Below are positions 52,232 to 64,000 of a stretch of 64,000 nt of DNA, piece by piece. The notes under the pieces are model-generated. The model made no database searches. It saw only the letters and a list, made by a program, of their open reading frames with translations, and was not told where the DNA came from. The DNA is from an uncultured Thermoplasmata archaeon (GTDB lineage Archaea; Thermoplasmatota; Thermoplasmata; Lutacidiplasmatales; UBA184): NCBI GenBank assembly GCA_963715645.1, contig OY970259.1, positions 1,563,457-1,627,456 of the forward strand, read 5' to 3'. The position numbers were made by a program, and so were the translations under genes. The first letter of the stretch is position 1, and every line of letters begins with the position of its first letter.

Positions 52232-53528
52232 CGGCCGGCCCGGAGCTCCTCGAGGATCGCCTTGGCCCGGTCGAACCGGATGGCGTGTTCCGCGACGAGT
52301 CGCGCGACGACCCGGTCGACCTCGTCGGGTCGGGCGCCGGCGCTCGTAGCGAGGTTCCGCGCGTGCAGCTCCATGTGACCCCGCTGGATCCCCTCGGTCG
52401 CGAGTGCCCGAAGGGCGGAGAAGTTCTGGGCGAGTCCGACCGCCGCGAGGACCTCCCCAAGCTCCCGCGCCGACTTCACCCCGAGCAGCTTGACGTTGGC
52501 CTTGGCGGTCGGATGGACCGCGGTCGCGCCCCCGATCAACCCGACGGGAGCGGGAAACTCGATCGTGCCCACGAGGTTCCCCTCTCGGTCCTTCTCGTAG
52601 GTGGTGAGGGGACGGACAACGGCCCCAGTGGGCGCCGCCTGCCATGCGGCGAACGTGTGGGCTCCGCTCTCGATCGCGCGGAAGTCGTTCCCGGTGGCGA
52701 TGACCACGCTCGAGATCCCGTTCATGATGCCCTTGTTGTGAGTGGCGCACCGGAACGGGTCGGCGACCGCGAAGGCGTAGGCGTCCAGGATCCCGTCGAC
52801 GACCTCGGCCCCGGACATCGAGTCGGTCTTGAGCTGGTCGGCGGGGAAGGTGGCGCGGGCCCGGGCGAGGCGGTGAATCGCCAGGTTCGAGATGATGCGG
52901 AGGACCGAACGACCCCCTGCAAGACGAGCGAGCTCGGGCGCGAGGGCCTCGCACATCGTGTTGACCGCATTCATCCCCCCGCGTCGCGGGCGTCCACGAG
53001 AAGGTGCACGACGACCATCGTGCCCCGGGGGGAGGGGAGGATCCGGACCTCGACCTCCTTCGCGCCGCCTCCAAACTTGACGAGGACTGGGTCTTTGGCG
53101 TTCGCGGCGGCGAGGAGATCGTCGCGTGCGTGCAGGATACGAAGGCGAGCGGCCGCGGGGTCGTGCACGTCCATGATCTGGACCTGCCCGATCATCACGG
53201 GGTCGGTGCTCTGGGCGTGGAAGCCGCCGGCCGTCCGCGCGACCTTGGCCGCGTTCGAGGCGGCAGCGACCACGCTCGGCTCCTCGATCGCCATCGGGAC
53301 CAGGTAGTCCTTGTCGTTGATCCGGAAGTGCGTCGCCACGCCGAGCGGCAGGGGCATGACGCCGATCACGTTCTCGATCATCCGGTCGACCGTCCCCGGG
53401 TCGACCCCGGGCGGGAAATCCCAGGCACGGGCTTCCTCCTCGGTCAGGCCGGCCCACTCGCGGGCGAACTCCCGACGCTCGGCGATGCTCTTGCGATAGA
53501 AGCCCGAGACCTCCGAGGAATGGGTCAT
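52228..53528 (-). CDS. hmgA: Class II hydroxymethylglutaryl-CoA reductase, frameshift near 52975
   Basis: [41 protein letters not shown] and [11 protein letters not shown]. Confidence 0.95.
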
Positions 53529-54091
53529 GCGGTCTCCTCCGGGGAGGCTCCCGGCCGGACCGCCCGGCCGGGCGAGCATGGGCGACCACGACCTTGGCGG
53601 GACGCAGGATCCCTCCGTAGAACCGGTACCCTTGCTGGCACGACCTCGGCGATCGCGCCCTCCGGAACCCCGTCTCGGGGGAGAGCCTCGCCGACCGCCT
53701 CCTGCTCGTCGGCGTGGAACGGCTGGCCCGCCTCCGCGATCGGCATCACCCCTTCGTGCTTCAGGAACGTCGCCCACTCCCGCTCCAAGAGGTCGAGGCC
53801 GTGACGCACCGGATGGTTGGCCGGCAAGGCCGCGAGCGCATCCCGGGCGGCCCGGAATGCTTCCAGGATCGGGAGGAGCTCACGAATCACCCCCGCCCGG
53901 GCCTGACGAGAGATCCCCTCCCGCTCCCGGTCGGTCCGCCGACGATAGTTCTCGAAATCGGCGAGCAGGTATCGGTACTTCACCGCCCAGTCCTCGAGGG
54001 GCGGGGCCGACTCCTCGGGAGCCGCGGCCGCCGGGGCCGGTTCGGGAGGAGTCGCAGGCGGGACGGGGGGGATTTCCGGTTCCTCGGGCAT
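53525..54091 (-). CDS. grpE: Nucleotide exchange factor GrpE, frameshift near 53640
   Basis: [15 protein letters not shown] and GQPFHAD, then [16 protein letters not shown] in the shifted frame. Confidence 0.9.
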   Translation of the reverse strand: MPEEPEIPPVPPATPPEPAPAAAAPEESAPPLEDWAVKYRYLLADFENYRRRTDREREGISRQARAGVIRELLPILEAFRAARDALAALPANHPVRHGLDLLEREWATFLKHEGVMPIAEAGQPFHADEQEAVGEALPRDGVPEGAIAEVVPARVPVLRRDPASRQGRGRPCSPGRAVRPGASPEETA

Positions 54092-54254
54092 GGGGGGACC
54101 GGCGTGTCGCAGGGAGGCCCCGAGTATTAGGCGTTGCAGGGGCCGGATCGGCCCGGCAAAGGCAGTGCTACGGCGACCTCCAAACCCGACTTTCTTTCCC
54201 TCGTGGGGGGGGCTCGGCAGGGGTCGATTTTCGAGCCCGCGCGAAGGGTTATAA

Positions 54255-56219
<1,965 letters not shown>

Positions 56220-56258
56220 GCGAGGGGAGAGAGCACGCCCGTCCCCGAGTCGACCCCG

Positions 56259-57212
56259 GTGAGCGAGGCCCTCCAGGCGAACGGGCTCCCCGCCCAGCCG
56301 GTCCCGCGACGACCGGTCCTGCACGGACCCGGTGGGACGGTTCTGCTGCTCGGCACGCTTGACCCCGACGGACGCCCCACCTATCACGGGGTGTGGCTCT
56401 CCCGAGCGGGAAGTCGCTGGCTGGGCTCGCACCCCCCTACGAGCCTCATCGCCGCCACGCATCGCCTCGACGGGATCACCGGCGACCTCGTGAACCTCCT
56501 GCAGAGCGCGGCGCGAAGCTACCTCGAGCGGTTGGAGGAGCTCGCCGAGCGCCTGGACGCCATCGAGGCCGACGGGGAGTCGGCGCCAGTTTCCGACCTG
56601 GCCGCGCTCCACCGGAAGTACCGCGCGCTCCGGGAGCACGTAGCTCGCCTGGACGTCACCGTCGCCGAGCTCGACGGACCCCTCGGGGAGCGATTCCCGA
56701 AACTCGCTGAGGCACTGCCCCAGGTCCAGGCCGAGCTCCAGCATCTCGAGGAGTTCTCGTCGTGGATCGGCCAGGGGATCCGCGACCTCCTCGCACTGCG
56801 GAACGCCGGGGACGCGAACCGCCTGTCGGCCGCGACGAACCGACTCGGCGAGGTCTCGAATCAGATCGCGGCGTTCGCGAACACCTCGAACATCCGCATG
56901 CTGGGGGTGGCCTACATCGCGCTCCTGCTCGGGCTCGTCAGCGCCGTCGTTCTGATCCCTAACACCGCCGCAACCATCCTCGGAATGCCCAGCGCGGCCT
57001 GGGTACCGGGCGTCTGGGTCGACGTCATCCTGGTCGTGCTCGCGATCGTCCCGCTGGTCGTCGTCTTCAGTCGACCGTGGGTACGCCGAGTGCTGGGCGC
57101 GTTCCGTGCCTCAGAGTCCCGGACGGCCGAGGGCCTGTCGGACCTCCCTGAGGTCGACCCAGCGGTGGTCAACCGACCGACCGGGGAACGGCTTTTAGAC
57201 CGACGTCCGTAG
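56259..57212 (+). CDS. Divergent CorA/ZntB-like membrane protein
   Basis: Helical cytoplasmic domain, long stalk, two C-terminal TMs with ILGMP in place of GMN. Confidence 0.55.
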   Translation: MSEALQANGLPAQPVPRRPVLHGPGGTVLLLGTLDPDGRPTYHGVWLSRAGSRWLGSHPPTSLIAATHRLDGITGDLVNLLQSAARSYLERLEELAERLDAIEADGESAPVSDLAALHRKYRALREHVARLDVTVAELDGPLGERFPKLAEALPQVQAELQHLEEFSSWIGQGIRDLLALRNAGDANRLSAATNRLGEVSNQIAAFANTSNIRMLGVAYIALLLGLVSAVVLIPNTAATILGMPSAAWVPGVWVDVILVVLAIVPLVVVFSRPWVRRVLGAFRASESRTAEGLSDLPEVDPAVVNRPTGERLLDRRP

Positions 57213-57219
57213 GTCGAGT

Positions 57220-58539
57220 GTGACCTCCTCTCCGCGGGAGCCGCCCCGCGTCTTCCGGGACGCCCTGATCGTGACGCAGGACCCCGCCCGCCGAGTCCTC
57301 CGGGGGGATGTTCGCGTCGAGGACGGTCGGTTCACGCATGTCGGGCCGAGCGCCCCCCGGGAGGGCGCCGAGGTCATCGACGCGCACGACCGGGCACTCG
57401 TTCCGGGATTCGTGAACCTCCACACGCATGTCGCCATGCACCCGCTCCGCGGGATCGCCGACGACCGCGAGCTCGCGGGTTTCCTGGAGACGCTCTTCGC
57501 GGTCGACGCGCACCGGACCGAGCGCGACGTCGAGGTCGGGGCGCGGGCCGGTATCGCGGAAATGCTCCTCGGGGGGACGACCTCGTTCCTCGACCTCTAC
57601 TACTTCGAGGACGCGGTGGCCCGCGCCGTCGAATCCCTCGGGATCCGCGGGTTCCTCGGGTGGGCCGTCCTCGACCCGGAGATGACGACCCAGCGCGGGA
57701 ACCCCCTCGACAATGCGCGTTCGTTCATCGACCGTTGGAAGAACGACCCCCGGATCCTGCCCCTCGTGGCCCCGCAGGGGGTGTACGTCTGTGGGAAGGA
57801 GACCTGGCTGGGGGCGCGCGAGCTCGCCGAGCGGTCCGCGACCCTCGTGCACTACCACCTCTCGGAGACACGACGGGAGGTCCATGAGCACGAAGCGAAG
57901 ACCGGGCGGCGTCCGGTCGACTGGCTCGAGGAAATCGGCTTCCTGGGGCCCGGCCAGGTCGCGGCCCACGCCGTGTGGCTGACTTCCGGGGAGATCCGTT
58001 CCCTGGCGCATCGCAAGGTGGGGGTCGCGCACTGCGCCGGCTCCAACCTGAAGCTCGCCTCCGGGGGCGTGGCGCCCGTCGTCGAGCTCCGGGCCGCAGG
58101 CGTCTCCGTCGGGCTCGGCACCGACTCGGTCGCCTCCAACAACTCGCTGTCGATGCTCCGGGAGATGCATCTCGCGGGGCTGGTGCAGAAGAACCACCGG
58201 TGGGACGCCACGGCGCTGAACGCCCAGGAGCTCCTCGACCTTGCCACGCTCGAAGGGGCTCGGGCCCTCGGGAAGGAGGCCGAGATCGGCTCCGTGGAGG
58301 TCGGCAAGCGGGCGGACTTCTCGCTCTTCCGACTCGACCACCCGACGCTCCTTCCCGGACGACCGGAGGCCATCGTCTCGCACCTGGCCTATTCCGCGAA
58401 CGACGAGGCCATCGACTCGGTCTACGTCAACGGCGCAGCGGTGGTCGAGCACCGACGTCTCGTCCGAGCGGACTGGACGGCGATCCGGACCGAGCTGGAT
58501 GCGGCAGCCGCCACGCTCTGGGCGAACCGTCCGAAGTGA
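57220..58539 (+). CDS. Amidohydrolase (MTA/SAH deaminase-like)
   Basis: PGFVNLHTH, HLSET, AHAVW, SNLKLASG and LGTD. Confidence 0.9.
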   Translation: MTSSPREPPRVFRDALIVTQDPARRVLRGDVRVEDGRFTHVGPSAPREGAEVIDAHDRALVPGFVNLHTHVAMHPLRGIADDRELAGFLETLFAVDAHRTERDVEVGARAGIAEMLLGGTTSFLDLYYFEDAVARAVESLGIRGFLGWAVLDPEMTTQRGNPLDNARSFIDRWKNDPRILPLVAPQGVYVCGKETWLGARELAERSATLVHYHLSETRREVHEHEAKTGRRPVDWLEEIGFLGPGQVAAHAVWLTSGEIRSLAHRKVGVAHCAGSNLKLASGGVAPVVELRAAGVSVGLGTDSVASNNSLSMLREMHLAGLVQKNHRWDATALNAQELLDLATLEGARALGKEAEIGSVEVGKRADFSLFRLDHPTLLPGRPEAIVSHLAYSANDEAIDSVYVNGAAVVEHRRLVRADWTAIRTELDAAAATLWANRPK

Positions 58540-58540
58540 G

Positions 58541-59230
58541 CTAGTCTCCCGCTGCCGCCGCGAGGGCCGCGACCAGATGACGGCCCAGCGCCCGGGCCAC
58601 CTCCTCCGGCAGGTCCGGCACGCCGACCTCTCCCAGACACGTGAGGGCGTCCGCCGGTCCCGGGACCCGGAGTTCGAACCATCGGGCGATGCGGGCTCGA
58701 TCCAGGGTCCGGGGGAGGACGCCGTGGTGGAGCAGCGCAAGGCCCGTCGCATGCTGCGCCGCGGCAGCCAGCACCTGCCCTCCGCAGTCCAGCACCTGGC
58801 CCCGGGAGCTCAACGGACAGTAGGTATCGGAGAGTCCGGGTGCGGAGACCCACCGGGTCGAGAGACCCCGTTCCTCCAACAGTCCCACGAGACCTCGCCC
58901 GAACCGGTCGTAGGCCCGGACGAAGTCGCGGCCCACCCGCCGGTCGGTGCGAGGCAGGACGACCGCCCAGACCAGGTCACCGGGGAGATGGACCAGGCCG
59001 GTTCCCCCGGAGGGCCGACGCACGACCGGGACCTTGTCCGCCTGGGCCCGAGCGAGGTAGGGCGCGCTCGGATCCACCCCGACTCCGTACGAGACGGCCG
59101 TGTTGCGGAGCGTCGCGACGTGCACGGCGGGTTGTCCGGCCCGCAGTAGCCGTTCGTGAGCGGCCACGCACCCCTCGAAGTCGAGGCCCAGTTCCACCGA
59201 CAATTCGGTCGGCCGAACAGTGCTGGTCAT
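58541..59230 (-). CDS. Lipoate-protein ligase A-like protein (catalytic domain only)
   Basis: VVRRPSGGTGLVH.PGDL and LLHHG. Confidence 0.75.
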   Translation of the reverse strand: MTSTVRPTELSVELGLDFEGCVAAHERLLRAGQPAVHVATLRNTAVSYGVGVDPSAPYLARAQADKVPVVRRPSGGTGLVHLPGDLVWAVVLPRTDRRVGRDFVRAYDRFGRGLVGLLEERGLSTRWVSAPGLSDTYCPLSSRGQVLDCGGQVLAAAAQHATGLALLHHGVLPRTLDRARIARWFELRVPGPADALTCLGEVGVPDLPEEVARALGRHLVAALAAAAGD

Positions 59231-59303
59231 GGAACGGCTCCCCGGGATAGGGGATGACCACCCTGCAGTAAAACGGTAAGAACCTAGCGCCGGTCCGCTG
59301 AGG

Positions 59304-59858
59304 ATGGCCGAATCCGCGGATTTCAAGCTGCACGCCGGCGATCCTGCGCCGGATTTCGAGCTGCAGGGCGTTGACGGGAAGACCTACACCCTCGGAGGAT
59401 TCCAGAGTCCCTACCTCGTGGTGACGTTCTGGTGTAACCACTGCCCGTACGTGCAAGCCTGGGAGGGTCGAATGCTCGACCTGGCGCACCGCTACCTCCC
59501 GAAGGGGGTCGGGTTCGTGCTCATCAACTCGAACGACGCGCGCGCCTACCCCGAGGATAACCTGGAGAGCATGGTCCGCCGGGCCCAGGAGAAGCGGTAC
59601 CTGATCCCGTACCTGGTCGACGAATCCCAGGCGATCGCCCGGTCCTACGGAGCGCTGGTCACCCCCCACCCGATGTTGTTCGGCCCCGACCGAAAGCTCC
59701 TCTTCCAAGGGCGGATTGACAACGACCACCAACATCCGGAACGCGCGACCGAAAGATACCTCGAACGTGCCATCGAGCAGGCGCTGGCGCACCAGCCGGT
59801 GGTGCCCTCCGAGCTACCGGTCGCCGGCTGCTCGCTCAAGTGGAAGCCGGGAAAGTGA
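59304..59858 (+). CDS. Thioredoxin-fold (AhpC/TSA-like) protein
   Basis: APDFEL, CNHCPYV, INSND, GRID and GCSLKW. Confidence 0.9.
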   Translation: MAESADFKLHAGDPAPDFELQGVDGKTYTLGGFQSPYLVVTFWCNHCPYVQAWEGRMLDLAHRYLPKGVGFVLINSNDARAYPEDNLESMVRRAQEKRYLIPYLVDESQAIARSYGALVTPHPMLFGPDRKLLFQGRIDNDHQHPERATERYLERAIEQALAHQPVVPSELPVAGCSLKWKPGK

Positions 59859-60860
59859 CCGGCGGCCCCCCGAGCCCGGCTTCCCTCGCCGCGTCTTGAG
59901 CTCGGCGCGACGCGCCTCGAACGCTTGGGCCAGGGAGGGGTTGACTGGAGTGCCGGCTTGGTCGAGCCGGGACGCGATCGCCACCTTTCCCGCGAGCGCT
60001 CGGGCGAGCTTTCCCCGCTCGTGGCGGGGGGCCGATTGCAAAGCCGGATGGGTGAAGAGCAATCCGTGCCGCGGCGGGGGGGCGCGGCCCCGCAGGTGCT
60101 CGAAGAAGGCGCGCTCGGCCCCCAGCACCTGCACCGTGCTGGACGGTAATCGGGAGAGCCGCTCCAACCCTCCCGCTTGGGCGACCATGCGAGCCGCGAG
60201 CTCCGGTCCCAGGAGCGCGCACAGGTTGGGGGTCTGGCTCGGGGAGAGGGCCTCCACCGCGCTGGCGAGCGCCGCCCGGCTCTCTTCGACCGCATGATAC
60301 AGTTCCGCGAGGCGGCGCCGGGCCTTTACCAGCGCCTCGTCGGTCGGAGCGAGCGGGCCCGCGTCACCCTCCTCGAGCACGACGCGGGCTGCCTTGGCAT
60401 GGTCCCCCGGGTCCACCTCGGGCCGGTCTCGGGAGACCCAGCTCCCGAGCCGCTCTCCCACGAGGTTGCGCACCCGGTCGAGGTCGCTCGCGGCCCGGAC
60501 CGCCTCCTGAACGTGCACAGAGGGGTCCCAGGCTGCTTCGAGCGCGGATTCCCCCTCGGACAGCAGCAGCGCCCGTACCAACGCGGGGTCGACGCCCACG
60601 GCTTGGGCGTCGACGTCAGCGGGCGCCCGAGGGTCGACGCGGAGCCCGTAGGGGACCAAACGGCGGTCGCGGGTGGTCCAGTCCGCGCTCCCCCGCTGGC
60701 CGACCAGCGCGGTCTCCTCCGCGGTCAGGGCGCCGGAGCGCCGCTGGCGAGCCCGCTGCCGGAGCGAGTCGGGGTCGAGCGGGGCCAGCAGAGACCGCAC
60801 GACGTTCGGTCCCTCAACGAGGAACGCACCGAACCACGTCGTCACGACCGACCTCGCCAT
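59814..60860 (-). CDS. nop5: Nop5/Nop56 box C/D sRNP protein
   Basis: PNLCALLG..LAAR, LPSSTVQVLGAERAFF, PPRHG and RGKLARALAGK. Confidence 0.9.
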   Translation of the reverse strand: MARSVVTTWFGAFLVEGPNVVRSLLAPLDPDSLRQRARQRRSGALTAEETALVGQRGSADWTTRDRRLVPYGLRVDPRAPADVDAQAVGVDPALVRALLLSEGESALEAAWDPSVHVQEAVRAASDLDRVRNLVGERLGSWVSRDRPEVDPGDHAKAARVVLEEGDAGPLAPTDEALVKARRRLAELYHAVEESRAALASAVEALSPSQTPNLCALLGPELAARMVAQAGGLERLSRLPSSTVQVLGAERAFFEHLRGRAPPPRHGLLFTHPALQSAPRHERGKLARALAGKVAIASRLDQAGTPVNPSLAQAFEARRAELKTRRGKPGSGGRRSLSRLPLERAAGDR

Positions 60861-60921
60861 GCCCCGCCTCGGGACGGCAACCCACCGCCCATAAATAGCC
60901 CGGCTCGGCTCCGCGACCCGG

Positions 60922-61824
60922 ATGTCGAGCCCGCTCCCCCGACCCGTGGTACGCTCCGAGCGCGAGGGCACGACGCTGGTCCTCACGCTCGACCATCCGC
61001 CGGTCAACGTCCTCTCGCGGGCGCTGCTCGACGCGCTGACGACCCGGCTGGGCGAGGCAGAAGCGGACCCCGCGGTCCGGGTGGTCGTCCTCGCCAGCGC
61101 CGCGGAGAAAGCCTTCGCCGCGGGGGCGGACATCCGGGAGATGGCATCCTTGAGGCCGGACGAAGCGAGGGTCCATGGGGCTCTCGGGCAGGAGGTGACT
61201 CGCCGCATCGAGCGACTCCCCCTTCCGGTGATTGCGGCGGTCCACGGGGTGTGTCTTGGGGGCGGTTGTGAGATCGCGCTCGCGTGCGACTTCGTGTTCG
61301 CGACCCCGGACGCCCAGTTCGGCCAACCGGAGATCAACCTCGGAGTGACCCCAGGCTGGGGCGGGTCCCAACGTCTTCCCCGCCGAATCGGGGCGGCCCG
61401 CGCCCGTCGGTGGATCTACACCGGTCGGTCAGTCCCCGCCACCGAGGCGCATTCGGACGGGTGGGTCGATCGGATCGTGCCGCGCGCCGACCTGCTTCCC
61501 ACGGCCCTGGCGTTTGCGGAGGAGCTTGCGGCCAAACCCCCGCTTGCCCTGGCCGCAGCGAAGTACGAGATCCTACGGGCGGCCGACCCGAGGATTGACG
61601 ACGACCTCGAGTACGAGCTGGATCTGTGGGTGCGACTCTTCGGGACGAGGGATCAGCAAGAGGGCATGCGGGCGTTCCTCGAGAAGCGACCGCTCCTCCC
61701 GCGCGACCGAACCGGATGGGAATCTCAGTCCCGCGGATTCCCGTGGGGGCAGCCCACGGACCCGAAACGACCGGCCTCGGGGAGCGGAAAGCGGAAAAGG
61801 GACGAGGTGTCGGGTCACGCCTGA
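60922..61824 (+). CDS. Enoyl-CoA hydratase/isomerase
   Basis: AFAAGADI, CLGGGCE, GQPEINLG..PGWGG and EGMRAFLEKR. Confidence 0.92.
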   Translation: MSSPLPRPVVRSEREGTTLVLTLDHPPVNVLSRALLDALTTRLGEAEADPAVRVVVLASAAEKAFAAGADIREMASLRPDEARVHGALGQEVTRRIERLPLPVIAAVHGVCLGGGCEIALACDFVFATPDAQFGQPEINLGVTPGWGGSQRLPRRIGAARARRWIYTGRSVPATEAHSDGWVDRIVPRADLLPTALAFAEELAAKPPLALAAAKYEILRAADPRIDDDLEYELDLWVRLFGTRDQQEGMRAFLEKRPLLPRDRTGWESQSRGFPWGQPTDPKRPASGSGKRKRDEVSGHA

Positions 61825-61825
61825 C

Positions 61826-61898
61826 GCCGCGGTGGCTCAGCTGGCAGAGCGGCTCCTTGGTAAGGAGCAGGCCGAGGGTTCAAATCCCTCCCGCGGCT
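61826..61898 (+). tRNA. tRNA-Thr(GGT)
   Basis: GCCGCGGTGGCTCAGCTGG...CTCC-TTGGTAA-GGAG...GGTTCAAATCCCTCCCGCGGCT. Confidence 0.95.
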
Positions 61899-61992
61899 GA
61901 TCTCTTTCCCTGCGCCCGGGAAGGGGCCCGACCGACACCTTTAGGGGATGTTCCCCCAGTTCGACCCGACCGTTCTGAGAAATGGGCGATTG

Positions 61993-62034
61993 GATCTGAG
62001 AGGGGTCGTTAGAGAACCCCCATCTTACAAAAGA
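61993..62034 (+). repeat. Solitary member of the intergenic repeat family downstream of tRNA-Thr
   Basis: GATCTGAGAGGGGTCGTTAGAGAAC matches 30801-30824; CGTTAGAGAAC-CCCCAT-CTTACAAAAGA resembles the reverse complements of 34603-34630 and 36189-36216. Confidence 0.55.
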
Positions 62035-62315
62035 GTCGAAGCCGGCAACGACGTACCCCCCTTTCCCAACATGCGCGTTGGCTACCATTTTATAGCCCGG
62101 CCGACACCGAGGGACCGGCCCCCCGCCGGTATCACCCCGTCGGCGACGCACGAAGCCGACCCAACGGCTCCGCAAGGGCGGGGCCCCCGGGCGGGTTGTG
62201 CACTGCCCCGCCGCCTGAGTGGTTCCAACATGGACGGAGGAGGTCACGATGGGAGAGGCAGATCGGAACGGGCATGGCGCGTGAGGGGAGATTCATACAT
62301 TCAGGAATGGGAACG

Positions 62316-63456
62316 TCAAGCTCGTCCACGTCGGAGACGGGGCGGGCGGAAGACCTGGCTTCGCCGGCGGGTTCGCGCGACCGCCTTGTCGACCAAAGTA
62401 ACGCCGATCCCGGGGCCGCGGGGAACCGTCAGCGTGCTCGCGGGACCGAGTTCGAACGGCCGGTCGATGATCTCGGTCCGGTGGTACCCGGCGGCTCGCC
62501 GAGAGGTCGGCCGGAAGGGCGAAGTTCGGGAGTGACGCCAGCGCCACTGCGTGCGCCCGGCCCACCCCGGTCTCCAGCATCCCTCCCACCCACGCAGGGA
62601 TTCTGGAGCGGGCCGCGACTGCCTGGAGCTCGCGGGATACGGTAAGACCGCCGACCCGACCCGACTTCACGTTCAGACTGCTGACCGCCCGCCGTCCGAT
62701 GGCCTCGTCGAGCGAGGCTCGGTCTACGATCGATTCGTCCAAGCAGACCCGGAACCGGTGGTACCGGTTCAGCCGGGCGTGCGCCGCCAGCTCATGTTCG
62801 GAGAACGGCTGCTCCACCTGCTCTACCTCGTACCGGGACGCCCAGCGAGCGATGGTAGCCGCGGCCTTCCCCGGGTAGGCCTGGTTGGCATCCACCCAAA
62901 GTCGGAGGTCCGGGTAGGCCCGGCGGACCGCGCGAACCGGAGCGATGTCCCATCCGGGGCGCACCTTGAGCTTCACTCGCCGATACCCTTCCTCGAGATA
63001 CCGGCCCACCCGCCGAACGAGATGTTCGACCGACGGCTGGATCCCGACGCTCACTCCGACCTCGATGCGGCGGCGGTGTCCCCCCAGCTCGGCAGCCAAT
63101 GACCGGCGGTGCTCCCTTGCGAACAGATCCCAGAGGGCCATTTCCACCGTGGCCTTGGCCATGGGATGCCCTTTGAGCGCGCGCACGCGATCGAGAAACA
63201 CGGGGGGACTCGCGAGCGACCCACGGAGAAGTTGGGGGAGGAGATATCGGCTGAGCATCCAGTGGGCGGTCGCGACCGACTCACTGCTGTACAAGGGGTC
63301 CCGAGCCGCGGCGCACTCGGCCACACCCTCCTCGCCGCGATCCCCTCGGAGGGTAAGCAAAAGGAGCTGGCGACGCCGTTCGACTCCGAAACTGGTCTCG
63401 AAGGGTTCCACGAGCGGAAGCTCAAGCTCGTCAATCCGCGCGGAGAGAATCTGCAT
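62316..63456 (-). CDS. menC: o-succinylbenzoate synthase / N-succinylamino acid racemase, frameshift near 62490
   Basis: PFETSFG, MAKATVEMALWDL, GVSVG, KLK, DANQAY, EQP, LDES, NVK and GGMLETG. Confidence 0.9.
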
Positions 63457-63463
63457 CGTCCCC

Positions 63464-64000
63464 TCAGGGGTGCGGGATCCCGGGCAGGGTCGTGGTCGCC
63501 CCGCCGAGGGAGAGGAAATAGAAACTGCGTTCCTCCTCCCGGACCGCCAATACCGCCAGGTCGTCCACTCGGTAACCGGCGTCCAGAGACGTGCGAAAGG
63601 CGGCTCGGGTCGCTTCTCGCCACGCCCTCACGGCGTCCGGGCCCCGGGCGCGGACCGTGTTGAGATCCCAGGGGATCTCGATCGTGAGGTTCGGCCGAGA
63701 GGGTTCGGAGACCGTCATGGGAATCCGAACACCGGCACGATCGAGGTCGGTATCGACCAGCGACTGAGACGCATTCCAGCTCACCCGATCCTGTTCACTC
63801 GAGGGATATCGTCCACTCATGCGCTCGAGAACGCGAGCGGACTCGAGCTCCCAGCTGACTCGAAGTCGATCGGTCGCTAGGCCCCGGTTCACCTCGGAGT
63901 CCATTCGGCCGTAGTAGTTGACGAGGTAGGCCGTCGGGCGGGCCCCCAATCGCCGGAGATTCAGGAAGGCATTCTTGCTCTGCAGGGGGTCGAACGTCCA
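63464..64000 (-). CDS. GNAT-family amino-acid acyltransferase (partial, 5' end beyond window)
   Basis: WTFDPLQSKNAFLNL, NYYG..DSEVN.G..TDRL and WREATR. Confidence 0.8.
   Translation of the reverse strand, partial: WTFDPLQSKNAFLNLRRLGARPTAYLVNYYGRMDSEVNRGLATDRLRVSWELESARVLERMSGRYPSSEQDRVSWNASQSLVDTDLDRAGVRIPMTVSEPSRPNLTIEIPWDLNTVRARGPDAVRAWREATRAAFRTSLDAGYRVDDLAVLAVREEERSFYFLSLGGATTTLPGIPHP

Noticed and set aside
52960-52990. Programmed frameshifting in hmgA and other genes
   Set aside because: No consistent slippery sequence or stimulatory structure; the number and scatter of shifts favour sequencing error.

Overview
High-GC archaeal chromosome segment. NAC, Dph2, Nop5, PAC2, archaeal TATA boxes, GyrB, GrpE and class II HMG-CoA reductase point to Thermoplasmata; an acid-soil lineage is my inference from the sedolisin, ClC and P3A H+-ATPase genes. 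About 60 CDSs and three tRNAs (Val-CAC, Cys-GCA, Thr-GGT) are recognisable. Many conserved genes (purA, HMG-CoA reductase, grpE, pdxT, UDP-sulfoquinovose synthase, H+-ATPase, ClC) are split by single-base indels, which looks like long-read assembly error rather than real decay. Housekeeping blocks (about 3.7-18.4 kb and 36.5-64 kb) flank an accessory region (about 18.5-36.4 kb) running off the 3' end of tRNA-Cys. The most striking unexplained structure is in that region: small unrelated gene modules (toxin-antitoxin pair, adenylate cyclase-TPR, oxidoreductase, DinB, small membrane proteins) are separated by a family of degenerate non-coding repeats. The repeats contain about 28-bp sites that parse as 11-6-11 (AAC-N6-GTT and GAAT-N6-ATY), like dif or tyrosine-recombinase core sites, and a related site lies just downstream of tRNA-Thr. 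This suggests a possible tRNA-anchored archaeal gene-cassette array. No integrase is present in the window and all alignments were done by eye.
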